From NCBI GenBank assembly GCA_016839705.1, contig JAEOTR010000014.1, positions 32,001 to 96,000 of the forward strand: a DNA stretch of 64,000 nt, in the 5' to 3' direction. A program made the translations under genes and the position numbers. The notes under the pieces were generated by a model. The model searched no databases and had not been told where the DNA came from. It was given only the letters and a program-made list of their open reading frames with translations. Shown here in pieces: positions 41,439-51,097 of this stretch. The stretch's first letter is position 1; every line of letters starts with the position of its first letter. Source of the DNA: Promethearchaeota archaeon. Lineage in GTDB: Archaea > Asgardarchaeota > Lokiarchaeia > Sigyniarchaeales > SOKP01.

Positions 41439-41860
41439 TTGTGTTTTGGTAGAGGAGGCAAGCGATAAATTTTATTGGTAATATCTGCTACAGAATTTAT
41501 AAATTTCTCAACTTCTGCTGCGGAACAAAAGTATTGTTGGACTCGATCTTCAGAAATACCTTCATGCTTTAACAATTTTTTCAGTGCAAGTATATGTTCG
41601 TAGGTATTCGTATTTCCATTTTCAAATTCACATTCACCTACTTTTCAAGATATAATCGCAACACCATCAGCACCGTTTAAGAAAGCTTCCATGATTAGAT
41701 GGATGCCAACACGTCCAGTGCATCTTACTCGGATGAGATGAAAATCTGTAGAGTATGATTTTCTTGTGACTCCTGTTAAATCTGCTACGGAATATCCTCA
41801 TTTATCGCAGCCAAAGGCAACAATTTTTCTTGATTCTTCATTTTTTACTTCAGACATCAT
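41429..41860 (-). CDS. mvhD: MvhD/VhuD hydrogenase Fe-S subunit, selenoprotein with 2 Sec (143 aa); not in ORF track
   Basis: KIVAFGCDKUGYSVADLTG...IRVRCTGRV...AFLNGADGVAIISUKVGECEFENGN...EDRVQQYFCSAAEVEKF. UGA at 41798-41800 and 41645-41647 occupy conserved MvhD Cys positions. Confidence 0.93.
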
Positions 41861-41878
41861 AAATACCCTTTAATTTGT

Positions 41879-43876
41879 TTATTCTTCTATACTCTCAGGT
41901 ATTTTTTCTACAGTTTCTATTTCACTACATCCAATGCCCTTAAGTTCCTGCGTGAATTGAATATCTCTATAATACTTTAGGTCTATTGCTCTTGCTGGGC
42001 AAGAAGATATACATACACCACAGCCTTTACATTTTAAATCATCAACCTTAGCAATCTCGTTCTCATTAACTTTAATTGCTTCATAAAAGCATAGTTTTTC
42101 ACACCGATGGCAACCCATGCATAAATCTTCATTCACTTCAGCAATAATTAATTCTTGTTTAATGGTATCATGTGATAATAGAGTAGATGCTTTACTTGCT
42201 GCTGCTAACGCAGAGGATACGGAATATGGAATATTTTTTGGTCCTGCGGCACATCCCGCAATATAAATTCCTATGTCTTTTGTCTCTTGAGGGCTTAAGC
42301 ATCCATGAACTTCAGAAAGAAACCCACTTGGACCTCTACTTAATCCCATAACATTTATCATCTCTTCAGTTCCTTTTGAAGGATTCATCCCCGTTGATAA
42401 CACGACAAGATCAGCATTAATTTTTACAATTTCACCTGTTAACGATGAATACGCTCTGACCTTCAACTTATTTGTTTCTTTATCCTCTATAATTTCACCT
42501 ACTTTTCCCCTAATCATTCGTACCCCAGTCTCTCTTATTTTTCTATAGTATTCTTCGTTTCCTTTATCTGTCGTTCGAATATCAATATAAAACATAAATA
42601 CTTCCATATCAGGATACTCTTGTTTTAAGAGTTGTGCATTTTTAAGAGCAACATTACAACAGACAAAGGAGCAATATGGGTTAGCATTTATGTCTCTCGA
42701 ACCAACACACTGGATCATTACTATCGTTTTTGGTGATTCTCCAGTGGAGATTCGATAAATATGTCCGCCAGTTGGCCCTATAGGGCTTAGCATCCTTTCT
42801 AATTCAATCTGTGTTATTACATCAGGATAATAACCGTAGTTATATTCATTTGATTCCCAAATTGGATACTCATCCCATCCTGTCGCGACAATAGCTGCTC
42901 CGACCGTAATATCGATGAATTCATCCTCTTGTTCAAATTCAATGGCCTCAGCAGGACAAATTCGTTCGCAGTTTTTACAATCAATGCATACATTTCTATC
43001 CATAACAGCTAGTTTTGGAACAGCTTGGGGAAATGGTATATAAATTGCATTTCTTTCACCAATACCTCGATCAAATTCACTCGGTACTTTAATTGGGCAC
43101 TTAGTTGTACACAACCCACATCCAGTGCATTTTTTCTCGTTCACATATCGAGCATTTTTTCTAATCTTGACTTTATAATCTCCAGGGATTCCACTAAACT
43201 CTACAACATCGCTATAAGTATACAGATTTATATTTGGATGTTTCGATGCGTTTACCATTATTGGGGCGAGAACTCATATCCCACAATCATCAGTAGGATA
43301 AATTCGATCTAATTGTGCCATTTTTCCTCCAATTGTAGCTTCTTTTTCAACCAAATAGACAGGTATTCCCTGATTTGCTAAGTCTAGAGCAGCATTCATT
43401 CCAGCAATCCCTGCTCCAACTACTAAAACTGCCCTTTCTGCAGGAATTTCTTTTCGAGGAACATTTTCTAATTCTCTAGCTCTATTAATTCCTGCTTTTA
43501 CTAATCGTATAGCTTTCTCTGTAGCTTTTTTCTTATCATCTCTATGAACAAAAGAGCAATGTTCTCTTAAATTAACCATTTGGAAATAATATGGGCTAAT
43601 TCCCGCCTCAACTAAAACAGCTCTGTAGGTGGGTTCATGAATTTTTGGTGTACATGCCGCAACGACAACTCTGTTCAAATCTTGTTCCAAAATATCATTT
43701 TTTATTATATTTTGGCCAGGATCAGAGCAAGTAAATGCATTAACTCTGGAGATAATTACATTAGGAAGATGTTCGATAGCATCTCTGACTGCATCACAAT
43801 CAACAGAAGCTTTAATATTTACGCCTCACTCGCATACATAGACTCCTATTCTAACAATGGTCTGATTCTCAGACAA
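41879..43876 (-). CDS. hdrA: Heterodisulfide reductase subunit A, selenoprotein with 2 Sec (about 665 aa)
   Basis: One frame through UGA 43826-43828 (RIGVYVCEUGVNI) and UGA 43274-43276 (IYPTDDCGIUVLAP). Also CSDPGQ, AACTP, NLREHCS, GAGIAG, QCVGSRD..YCSFVCC and four ferredoxin motifs. TTG start after AAGGTG; alternative ATG at 43906. Confidence 0.95.
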
Positions 43877-44144
43877 ATAATACACCTTTTTGTAAAACTT
43901 CACCATTAATTTTTTGTTAATCTGAAATATTACATAAAATCTTATTGGATGATGAAATTATTGAAAGAATTTATTTTTTCTGATTAAGCTTCATAATAAT
44001 GATAATGATAATAAATTGTAATTTTAATAAATGATTTCGAACATTTTTTTTTCAAGAAGAGCTTTATAGTCAGTTGTTCTTAATTTAGATTAATTATTTA
44101 GTGCAATTTTTTATAGTACAAACAAGTTTAAGAAGTAGTGAATT

Positions 44145-44906
44145 ATGAAAAAGAATAATGAGGAGTATTATTACATTAATGGGAAGCATTATGATAATAT
44201 GATAAAGAGCAGAAATGCGTATGAATCCATTCCATTTTATGTAAAGCAAGTAAAAAAATATGGTGGTCCTATTCTCGAGTTAGCCTGTGGAACTGGAAGA
44301 ATTACCATTCCCATTGCAAAAAAAGGAATATCAATTGTTGGGTTGGATTTCTCTGTAAAAATGTTAGAACAAGCCAAAAGAAACTCAATAGGTAATAATG
44401 TAGAAATTGAATGGATAGAAGCTGATATGACAAACTATAGCCTAAGTAGAAAATTTTCTGTAATACTAATGCCCGCTGCTGCAATGAATTGGGTGCTTGA
44501 GAATAAAGACATAGAAAAATGTTTAACCTGTATAAAGGACCATCTAAACCAAGATGGGATATTTATTTTTAATGTGTTTAATCCCAATTTGGATATTTTA
44601 AAGAGAGATCCTTCAAAAAAATATGATATATCTAAATACCCAAATCCAGATGGTAAAGGAATTGTAGTTGTAACCGAAAGCAATTATTATGACAAAGCTA
44701 CTCAAATTAATCACATAACCTCGTATTATAATATTAATAGTAAGGAAATAATCAAGAAATTGAAATTAAGAATGTTTTTTCCACAAGAATTAGACGCTTT
44801 ACTTAATTACAATGGTTTTAAAATTGACCATAAATATGGATCTTTTGTCGAAGAACCATTTAATTCCGATTCAAACTGGCAAATTGTAATCTGTCATAAG
44901 AAGTAA
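44145..44906 (+). CDS. Class I SAM-dependent methyltransferase
   Basis: ILELACGTGR, GLDFS, ADM. Confidence 0.88.
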   Translation: MKKNNEEYYYINGKHYDNMIKSRNAYESIPFYVKQVKKYGGPILELACGTGRITIPIAKKGISIVGLDFSVKMLEQAKRNSIGNNVEIEWIEADMTNYSLSRKFSVILMPAAAMNWVLENKDIEKCLTCIKDHLNQDGIFIFNVFNPNLDILKRDPSKKYDISKYPNPDGKGIVVVTESNYYDKATQINHITSYYNINSKEIIKKLKLRMFFPQELDALLNYNGFKIDHKYGSFVEEPFNSDSNWQIVICHKK

Positions 44907-44959
44907 ATAAAAATTTCTTTACTCGTGAAATTTTTTATGAAAAGTTCATTATTATTTTT

Positions 44960-45145
44960 ATGGTACAAGAAGAAGAATCAAAGAAGGAAGAGTTTGCGAA
45001 AGAATTTATGGCAGAAGAAGGCTTGAAAGGTAAGGCCAGAAGGATTAAAATAATGAGGATTATCGATACTGTGGGGTATGATAAGCGAAAGATTAAGACA
45101 GCATTAGCTCGATCTACATTAGCAGATAGGATTCATCATGAATAA
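44960..45145 (+). CDS. Small hypothetical protein
   Basis: 61-aa charged ORF filling the intergenic gap. Confidence 0.6.
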   Translation: MVQEEESKKEEFAKEFMAEEGLKGKARRIKIMRIIDTVGYDKRKIKTALARSTLADRIHHE

Positions 45146-45253
45146 ATTAGGATATCCAATTGTATTTCAGACGATGATCATAAATTAAATTAATTTTATT
45201 AAATATATTCGAATTATAGTATTTACTTACATCTAAAAAAAGGGTTTATTAGA

Positions 45254-46543
45254 GTGCTTGATATTGAATTATTTCGGAAAAATGTTGAGGAAATTGTTAA
45301 TTCAGAAAAGAAACGATTTAAAGATCCGATTAATGCAGAAAAAACCTTAGACTTTGACAGAAAGTGGAGAGAGATCTTACAAAAAATCCAGGATTTACGG
45401 AAAGATAGGAATGAGATCTCTTCTCAAATAGCCGACTTCAAAAAAAGGGGAGAAACTAAAAAAGCTGAAGATGCCATTAACACTTCCAAGGAGATAAAAG
45501 CTAAAATTGATGAATTAGAAAAAAAACAAATAGAATTTCTTGAGCAAAGAGAAGAACATCGTTATGCAGTCGGCAATATATTACATGATTCTGTTCCAAT
45601 TGGAGAAACTGAAGAATTTAATGAAATTATAAGGAGTAGTGGTGAAAAAAAACAGTTTAATTTTCAACCGCTCTCCCATGTTGATTTGATTTCTCAAATT
45701 GATGGAGCTGACACGAAAAAAGCATCAGAAGTGGTAGGAACAAGATTTTATTATTTAAAAAGGGATTTGGTACTTTTAAATCTAGCTTTATTAAAGTATG
45801 CCTTAGATAAGCTTGTAAGTAAAGGTTACATTCCAATGTGGACTCCTTTTTTTATTAAACATGAAGTGATGAAAGCAGCTGCGGAATTAGCAGAATTTGA
45901 AGACCAATTATATAAAATTGAAGGAGAAGACCTTTATATGATCGCTACTTCTGAACAAACCTTAGCAGCATTTCATTATAATGAAATTATTGATCCTAAA
46001 ATATTACCACTAAAATATGCAGGAATCTCTTCGTGTTTCAGAAGAGAAGCAGGTTCACATGGTAAAGATACACTTGGTATATTTAGAGTTCATCGATTTG
46101 AAAAGGTTGAACAGTTTATATTCTGTAAGCCTGAGGATTCTTGGAAATACCATGAAGAATTAATATCGAATTCTGAAGAAATTTTTAAAGAATTAGAACT
46201 TCCATATAGAATTGTCAATATAGCTTCTGGAGAGTTAAATGATAACGCTGCTAAAAAATATGATTTAGAAGCCTGGTTTCCTGCCTCAGAAACGTTCCGT
46301 GAACTAGTATCCTGCAGTAACTGTTTAGATTATCAAGCAAGAAAATTAAAAATTAGAATGGGTAAGGTTGGTGGGGCTCAAGAAAAAGAAATTCTACATA
46401 CTCTTAATTCAACCGCAATAGCAACTGAACGGACAATCTGTTGTATTTTGGAAAATTATCAGAATGAAGACCATTCAATTACTATTCCGAAAATACTTCA
46501 AAATTATATGAATGGGAAAAAAGTTATAAAAGCAGTTAAATAG
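45254..46543 (+). CDS. serS: Seryl-tRNA synthetase
   Basis: N-terminal coiled-coil arm, ATSEQ, FRREAG..GIFRVHRFEKVE, KYDLEAW, ELVSCSNC.DYQAR, HTLNSTA. Confidence 0.97.
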   Translation: MLDIELFRKNVEEIVNSEKKRFKDPINAEKTLDFDRKWREILQKIQDLRKDRNEISSQIADFKKRGETKKAEDAINTSKEIKAKIDELEKKQIEFLEQREEHRYAVGNILHDSVPIGETEEFNEIIRSSGEKKQFNFQPLSHVDLISQIDGADTKKASEVVGTRFYYLKRDLVLLNLALLKYALDKLVSKGYIPMWTPFFIKHEVMKAAAELAEFEDQLYKIEGEDLYMIATSEQTLAAFHYNEIIDPKILPLKYAGISSCFRREAGSHGKDTLGIFRVHRFEKVEQFIFCKPEDSWKYHEELISNSEEIFKELELPYRIVNIASGELNDNAAKKYDLEAWFPASETFRELVSCSNCLDYQARKLKIRMGKVGGAQEKEILHTLNSTAIATERTICCILENYQNEDHSITIPKILQNYMNGKKVIKAVK

Positions 46544-46561
46544 ATCTAAATAGAGTTTAAC

Positions 46562-47794
46562 ATGATCGAAAAAGATTTGGAGGAGTTTGAAGAATTTTAT
46601 AATGAAAAAATCAACGCTATTTTTTCAAAGGTAAAAAGAGCTTCGAAAAAGATAATATTAGAGATCCGAGATAATTTAATTGAAATTAAAGTATGTTTAG
46701 ATCATTTTATTGAAGCTGGGAAAGATAAAATTGATCAGAAGTCTCAGAAGTCTCTCAACTTTTTCTCTGATAGAATTAGAAAGGAAATAGATGAGATTGA
46801 GGTCCCCGACAATGAGATAAACTATGACAATATTATGGATTTGTTGAACTCAATAAAGAAACTATTCACAAACATTAATGAAATTGCTAGAAAATCCCTC
46901 CCTAAATTTCAGAAAGAGGTTCAACCTCAAATCAAAGAGTTAAATTATATAACTCGTAAACTGGGTAAAAAACAAGCTATTTTGGACGAATTTCTTAGAA
47001 AAAAATATACTGATCTTAAAAATGCAGAATATTTATTGAAAAAATTACCTAAAATTTTTACTCTAAAGGATAATATAGAGCACTCAAAAACAGATTTGGA
47101 GCAATTTGAAACGGAGTTAGAAGAAAGAAAAGAAACCGAAGAAGAGTTAAATGCAAAATTAGTAGAACTTGAAAAAAATAATTTATTCAAAGAATTGGAA
47201 ACGGAGAAAGATAAATTATTTCAATTACAAATGAGAATTAATGACGAAATTGGTTTTAAAAAGGCTTTAAAGAAATTTAAGTTTGAATTAGAAAAAAATA
47301 CAATACATGCTCCTAGTGTAAATATAAATTATTTAAAAGATTTTCTTAAAAACCCAATTGGTGTTCTCATCTCTGAGAGAAAGGATTTACCAAAGTTTAC
47401 TAGTTTGATGGTTCAATTAAGGCATGTTTTGGAGGAAAACAGGTTAAATCTCAAATCTGACACAAAACAAAAAACAGTTGAACAAATTAATGCAATTTTT
47501 GAAGAAAAGCTGCTGCAGGAAAACATTGAAAAATTTCTGCAATTTAGAGAAAAGATAACTCAAATTGAGGAAAAAATTGAAGCTGCAGGTTTAGCAAAGA
47601 AATTAGAAGAATTGAAAAACCAAATCTCTTCAAATGCTGTAAAACTCGAACATGTCGAAAATGACCATAATAGAAAAAACAAAGATTATTTACGATATCT
47701 TAACACTTTAAAATCTGAAAGAGAAGAGTTTCAATCTCTGGTAGAGGAAGTATTAAATGAGAGTATAAAAATAAATATCGTTTTTGCTTTTTAA
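46562..47794 (+). CDS. Long coiled-coil hypothetical protein
   Basis: E/K/L-rich heptads; no P-loop. Confidence 0.7.
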   Translation: MIEKDLEEFEEFYNEKINAIFSKVKRASKKIILEIRDNLIEIKVCLDHFIEAGKDKIDQKSQKSLNFFSDRIRKEIDEIEVPDNEINYDNIMDLLNSIKKLFTNINEIARKSLPKFQKEVQPQIKELNYITRKLGKKQAILDEFLRKKYTDLKNAEYLLKKLPKIFTLKDNIEHSKTDLEQFETELEERKETEEELNAKLVELEKNNLFKELETEKDKLFQLQMRINDEIGFKKALKKFKFELEKNTIHAPSVNINYLKDFLKNPIGVLISERKDLPKFTSLMVQLRHVLEENRLNLKSDTKQKTVEQINAIFEEKLLQENIEKFLQFREKITQIEEKIEAAGLAKKLEELKNQISSNAVKLEHVENDHNRKNKDYLRYLNTLKSEREEFQSLVEEVLNESIKINIVFAF

Positions 47795-47796
47795 GA

Positions 47797-48528
47797 TTAC
47801 TTTTTTTCTAATATTTCAAAATTACGATTATTATTCACATTTTTTTTCTTGAAGGAGAATGTTAAATTTTTTTTTAAGAATTTAAAAACCTCCGTGTCTC
47901 GTAAGTTAAAAATTTTCAAATATTCATATCCTAAAACTACATCTTGTTTCAGATCCATATCAAATCCAGCTCTAAAAGAATCGTAAATAAATATCTTGCT
48001 TATGTCATTCTTAGACGCATTATTAAGTAAGGCAACTAAAGAAGGTGTATTCGGATCTGAAAAATATGATGAGATAATATCAGGCGGATTCCTACTTAAT
48101 ATTGAAATCCCAGCGGAATGAATAGCAGGACAAATAACTAACTGATTCTTTTGTATTAGAGTATTAATTTCATAAAAATTTTTAGCAGTGATTAAAATTA
48201 AATCTAAAAAGGCAATGGTTGTTTGTTTTGCCTTGAATTTTTCAATAGCAATTTTATTGAATTTGCTTATTACATCATCGAAAGGTTTTGGAATGTCTGC
48301 TGAATCTTCCTTGATTCCAATTAAACCATTTTCTTCTGCAAGTTCTAGTATTTCTGAAGCATTACAATATACCAATATTTGTTTAAAACAATTTACATCA
48401 GACAATGTGTTAATTAAATCCTTAAACATTGCAATTGTAAAATCCTTAAGTTGATCAGCTGAAAAGCAGTCCCCGAGACGAGATTTTGTTGTTGAAAAAG
48501 GGGCTATAGGAATTAATAAAGAACTCAT
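47797..48528 (-). CDS. cofC: CofC-like 2-phospho-L-lactate/PEP guanylyltransferase (F420 biosynthesis), divergent
   Basis: LIP...KSRL...AMFKD, DL, DMD...D motifs. Confidence 0.7.
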   Translation of the reverse strand: MSSLLIPIAPFSTTKSRLGDCFSADQLKDFTIAMFKDLINTLSDVNCFKQILVYCNASEILELAEENGLIGIKEDSADIPKPFDDVISKFNKIAIEKFKAKQTTIAFLDLILITAKNFYEINTLIQKNQLVICPAIHSAGISILSRNPPDIISSYFSDPNTPSLVALLNNASKNDISKIFIYDSFRAGFDMDLKQDVVLGYEYLKIFNLRDTEVFKFLKKNLTFSFKKKNVNNNRNFEILEKK

Positions 48529-48614
48529 AATCTTCGAAGATAGAATCTCACTAAAAATATTAGTTTAAGTTGTTAAAGTCAAAAATAACCTTTTATATTT
48601 AAGATTATTTAGTC

Positions 48615-49172
48615 TTATCTTAAATCATTTAAAATTTGAATTGATAAACATTCAAAGGCTTTATCAATGTTCTTATTTGATTTTGCTGAAGTTTCCACAT
48701 ATTCCACTTTATAGGATTCTGATTTTTCCTTTGCTTCCTCGAATGAAACTACCCTTTCATCTATTTTATCAATTTTATTACCAATTATTATAAAAGGAAT
48801 CTCACCGCTTAATTCTTTTAACTTAGAAATCCAAAAGTCAATATTATCAAAAGACTCCCTATTAATTACATCATATACTATAAAGGCACCAACAGCTTGG
48901 ACAAAATAATACTCATTACTAAACAATTTATCATGCTGGCCACCTAAATCCCAAAAATAAAGTTTGAACTCTTGAACATCCTTTTTCGATTTGAAATTTT
49001 TTATATTTAACTTATTAATTACTTTACTTAATTCAATTTCCTTTATTAAAAAATTAGCACCTATTGTCTGATCATATTCCTCGCTAAACTGGTCATCTAC
49101 ATAACGGGCTAATATGCTGGTTTTACCCACTGAAGGGTCACCGCATAAAATAACTTTTCCACGATAAGACAT
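48615..49172 (-). CDS. Rab-like small GTPase (Ras superfamily)
   Basis: G1 GDPSVGKT, G2 TIG, G3 WDLGGQ, G4 NKID, G5 ETSAK. Confidence 0.95.
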   Translation of the reverse strand: MSYRGKVILCGDPSVGKTSILARYVDDQFSEEYDQTIGANFLIKEIELSKVINKLNIKNFKSKKDVQEFKLYFWDLGGQHDKLFSNEYYFVQAVGAFIVYDVINRESFDNIDFWISKLKELSGEIPFIIIGNKIDKIDERVVSFEEAKEKSESYKVEYVETSAKSNKNIDKAFECLSIQILNDLR

Positions 49173-49314
49173 AAAGTTTTATCCCTTGTACTTGTAATAC
49201 TATAATTGATTTTTATTTCCTAATTTTTGACATATTATATGCAATTTTGTTAGTTAGAATATATATTTTTTTGAATAATTCATATTATTCCGTTTTAAGT
49301 AGGAATATTAGAAT

Positions 49315-50151
49315 TTATTTTGTAAATGGTGTCTTTTTAGCTGTCAATTGTATTAATTTACATTGGCTTGTAATAAAGTATCGAAACAAATGCTCGTATC
49401 CTATAATCTGCTTTGGCATACCATCCTCTAACCATAATCCTGATGTGTACTCCGGGGCTTCCTTTACTTGATCCAAGGTAGTTAGAAGAAATTGATTATC
49501 AGAGATTAGCAATCCGAAAGGAATAACATTTTCACCTTCTATCGAATGAATTGTTACAGAGACTTTTAGAAGCTTTTTTATTTCCTCTTTTAAAATTTCA
49601 TTATATTTCAATGCGATAACAAGTTGGATATCAGAAGAAAATTTCTTATTCCATAGTTCTTTTAATACCCATTCATACCCCCCTAATTCATTCATAAGCA
49701 AATCAGGAGTAAGAATGAAAAAAATACGTTCCTTGGCAGAATTTATTAATTCCTTTATTTTCTTTCTAATTTTTGATCTTGAATTTATAGCCCAGACACG
49801 GGGTTCTGTTTCTTCTTTTGTTATCTCTAATTCGCCAATAATTTTTTCTAATACTAAGGTATCTTCAATCCGTTGTTTATATTGCTCACGTATTACCTTG
49901 AAAATTCTATCAATTGGAATAACTTGATAATTGGCGCCCCTCTTAATAGGTTCTTTTTGAATAAAGCCCTTATCTATTAATCTATTTAAAGAATCATAAA
50001 CTCTGGCCCTATCCACTCCAGAATGTTTAGCAATATCCGCAGGGCTTAATATTTTATACTGACAAAGAGTAAGTAAAACTTTAGAATCATTTTTCGTGAA
50101 TCCTAATGACTGGAGTGCTTCTTCAATCTCAGATGTTTCTAGCTCATTCAT
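49315..50151 (-). CDS. TrmB family transcriptional regulator
   Basis: LGFT...IAKHSGVDRARVYDSLNRLIDKGFI winged helix plus effector-binding domain (INSAKERI). Confidence 0.88.
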   Translation of the reverse strand: MNELETSEIEEALQSLGFTKNDSKVLLTLCQYKILSPADIAKHSGVDRARVYDSLNRLIDKGFIQKEPIKRGANYQVIPIDRIFKVIREQYKQRIEDTLVLEKIIGELEITKEETEPRVWAINSRSKIRKKIKELINSAKERIFFILTPDLLMNELGGYEWVLKELWNKKFSSDIQLVIALKYNEILKEEIKKLLKVSVTIHSIEGENVIPFGLLISDNQFLLTTLDQVKEAPEYTSGLWLEDGMPKQIIGYEHLFRYFITSQCKLIQLTAKKTPFTK

Positions 50152-50708
50152 GCTTAGTTTTTAAGAATTAAAGACAATAATTATGCCAATAATATTAAAA
50201 TTTTCTGTATATTGCAATAGTTAAAGAGCTTATATTTTAATTTATTTTTTTAGTAAAAATTTTGATCATTTTTCATTTTCCAATAAGTATTTCAAATATA
50301 TTTCGAAATGCACACTTAGAAGCTTTACAATAAATTTTGTGAAGATTTAAAAATGCCATTACATCATAATTTGTAATTCTATTAAAGGTTCTGCATTAAT
50401 TTCTAACTGAAAGCTAGACAATTGTGATGTTTTTTCAAAAAAAAATATCAAGATATTATTAAATAGAACTTGAAAACAATATAATTCTGCAATCAGTAAA
50501 AATTTAACAATGTTTAATAATGGCTTATTTTAGTTTCAAAAATTTTTATTGAAACGTTAATAAAAGGGAAAATTCAATAATTTAAGAGAACAAGCTTTTA
50601 TTTCCGACAAAATAAAAAAATAATTTTTATTAGAAATTAATATCATATTAATAAACCGATCTAATTTTCGAACTTAACGATTCGAATTAAAAGATCATCT
50701 AAAATTAT

Positions 50709-50733
50709 TGATTCGAATCATAATATTTATATA
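50709..50733 (+). promoter_or_regulatory. Histone promoter: TGATTCGAATCA palindrome next to a TTTATATA box
   Basis: 12-bp perfect palindrome at 50709-50720, TATA at 50726-50733, GGAGG SD before the ATG at 50805. Confidence 0.55.
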
Positions 50734-50804
50734 ATAGAAATGTGTAGTAATACTTAATTAACATCTAAATAACAATCCTATATTAAAAAGTTGGAGGAAT
50801 AAAA

Positions 50805-51038
50805 ATGGCAAAAAAGAAAGCTCCCGCGAAGAAATCTGAAGGTTATATTGCTAAAGCTCCTATCAGACGATTAATGAAGAAAGAAGGAGCCGATCTAGTA
50901 GCAGCAGAAGCTTTAGATAAACTTATTGGTTTCCTTGAAAGCAGTGCCGCAACGGCAACAAAGGATGCCATAAAAGTTTGCAAAGCAGATAAACGCAAAA
51001 GAGTTACTGCTGCAGATATTCGCGCCGCAACTCGCTAA
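50805..51038 (+). CDS. Archaeal histone (HMf fold) with a Lys-rich N-terminal tail
   Basis: Gap-free match to the HMf fold (APIRRLMKKEGAD.V...RKRVTAADI) preceded by MAKKKAPAKKSEG. Confidence 0.93.
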   Translation: MAKKKAPAKKSEGYIAKAPIRRLMKKEGADLVAAEALDKLIGFLESSAATATKDAIKVCKADKRKRVTAADIRAATR

Positions 51039-51097
51039 ATACCTTTAGATTTTAACATTTAATGTTATTTTTTTTTTTCTTTTTTTGATAATAATAG

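Noticed and set aside
41879-43690. hdrA as two separate ORFs or a pseudogene (43274-43690 and 41879-43258)
   Set aside because: Both are in the same frame, separated by a single UGA at a conserved Cys, and all interruptions in the operon are UGA. Sec recoding explains this better.
45254-46543. Functional link between serS and the selenoprotein operon
   Set aside because: SerRS does charge tRNA-Sec, but it is on the opposite strand with two genes in between; proximity alone is not evidence.
46562-47794. SMC/SbcC-like ATPase
   Set aside because: Coiled coil only; no Walker A/B or signature motifs.
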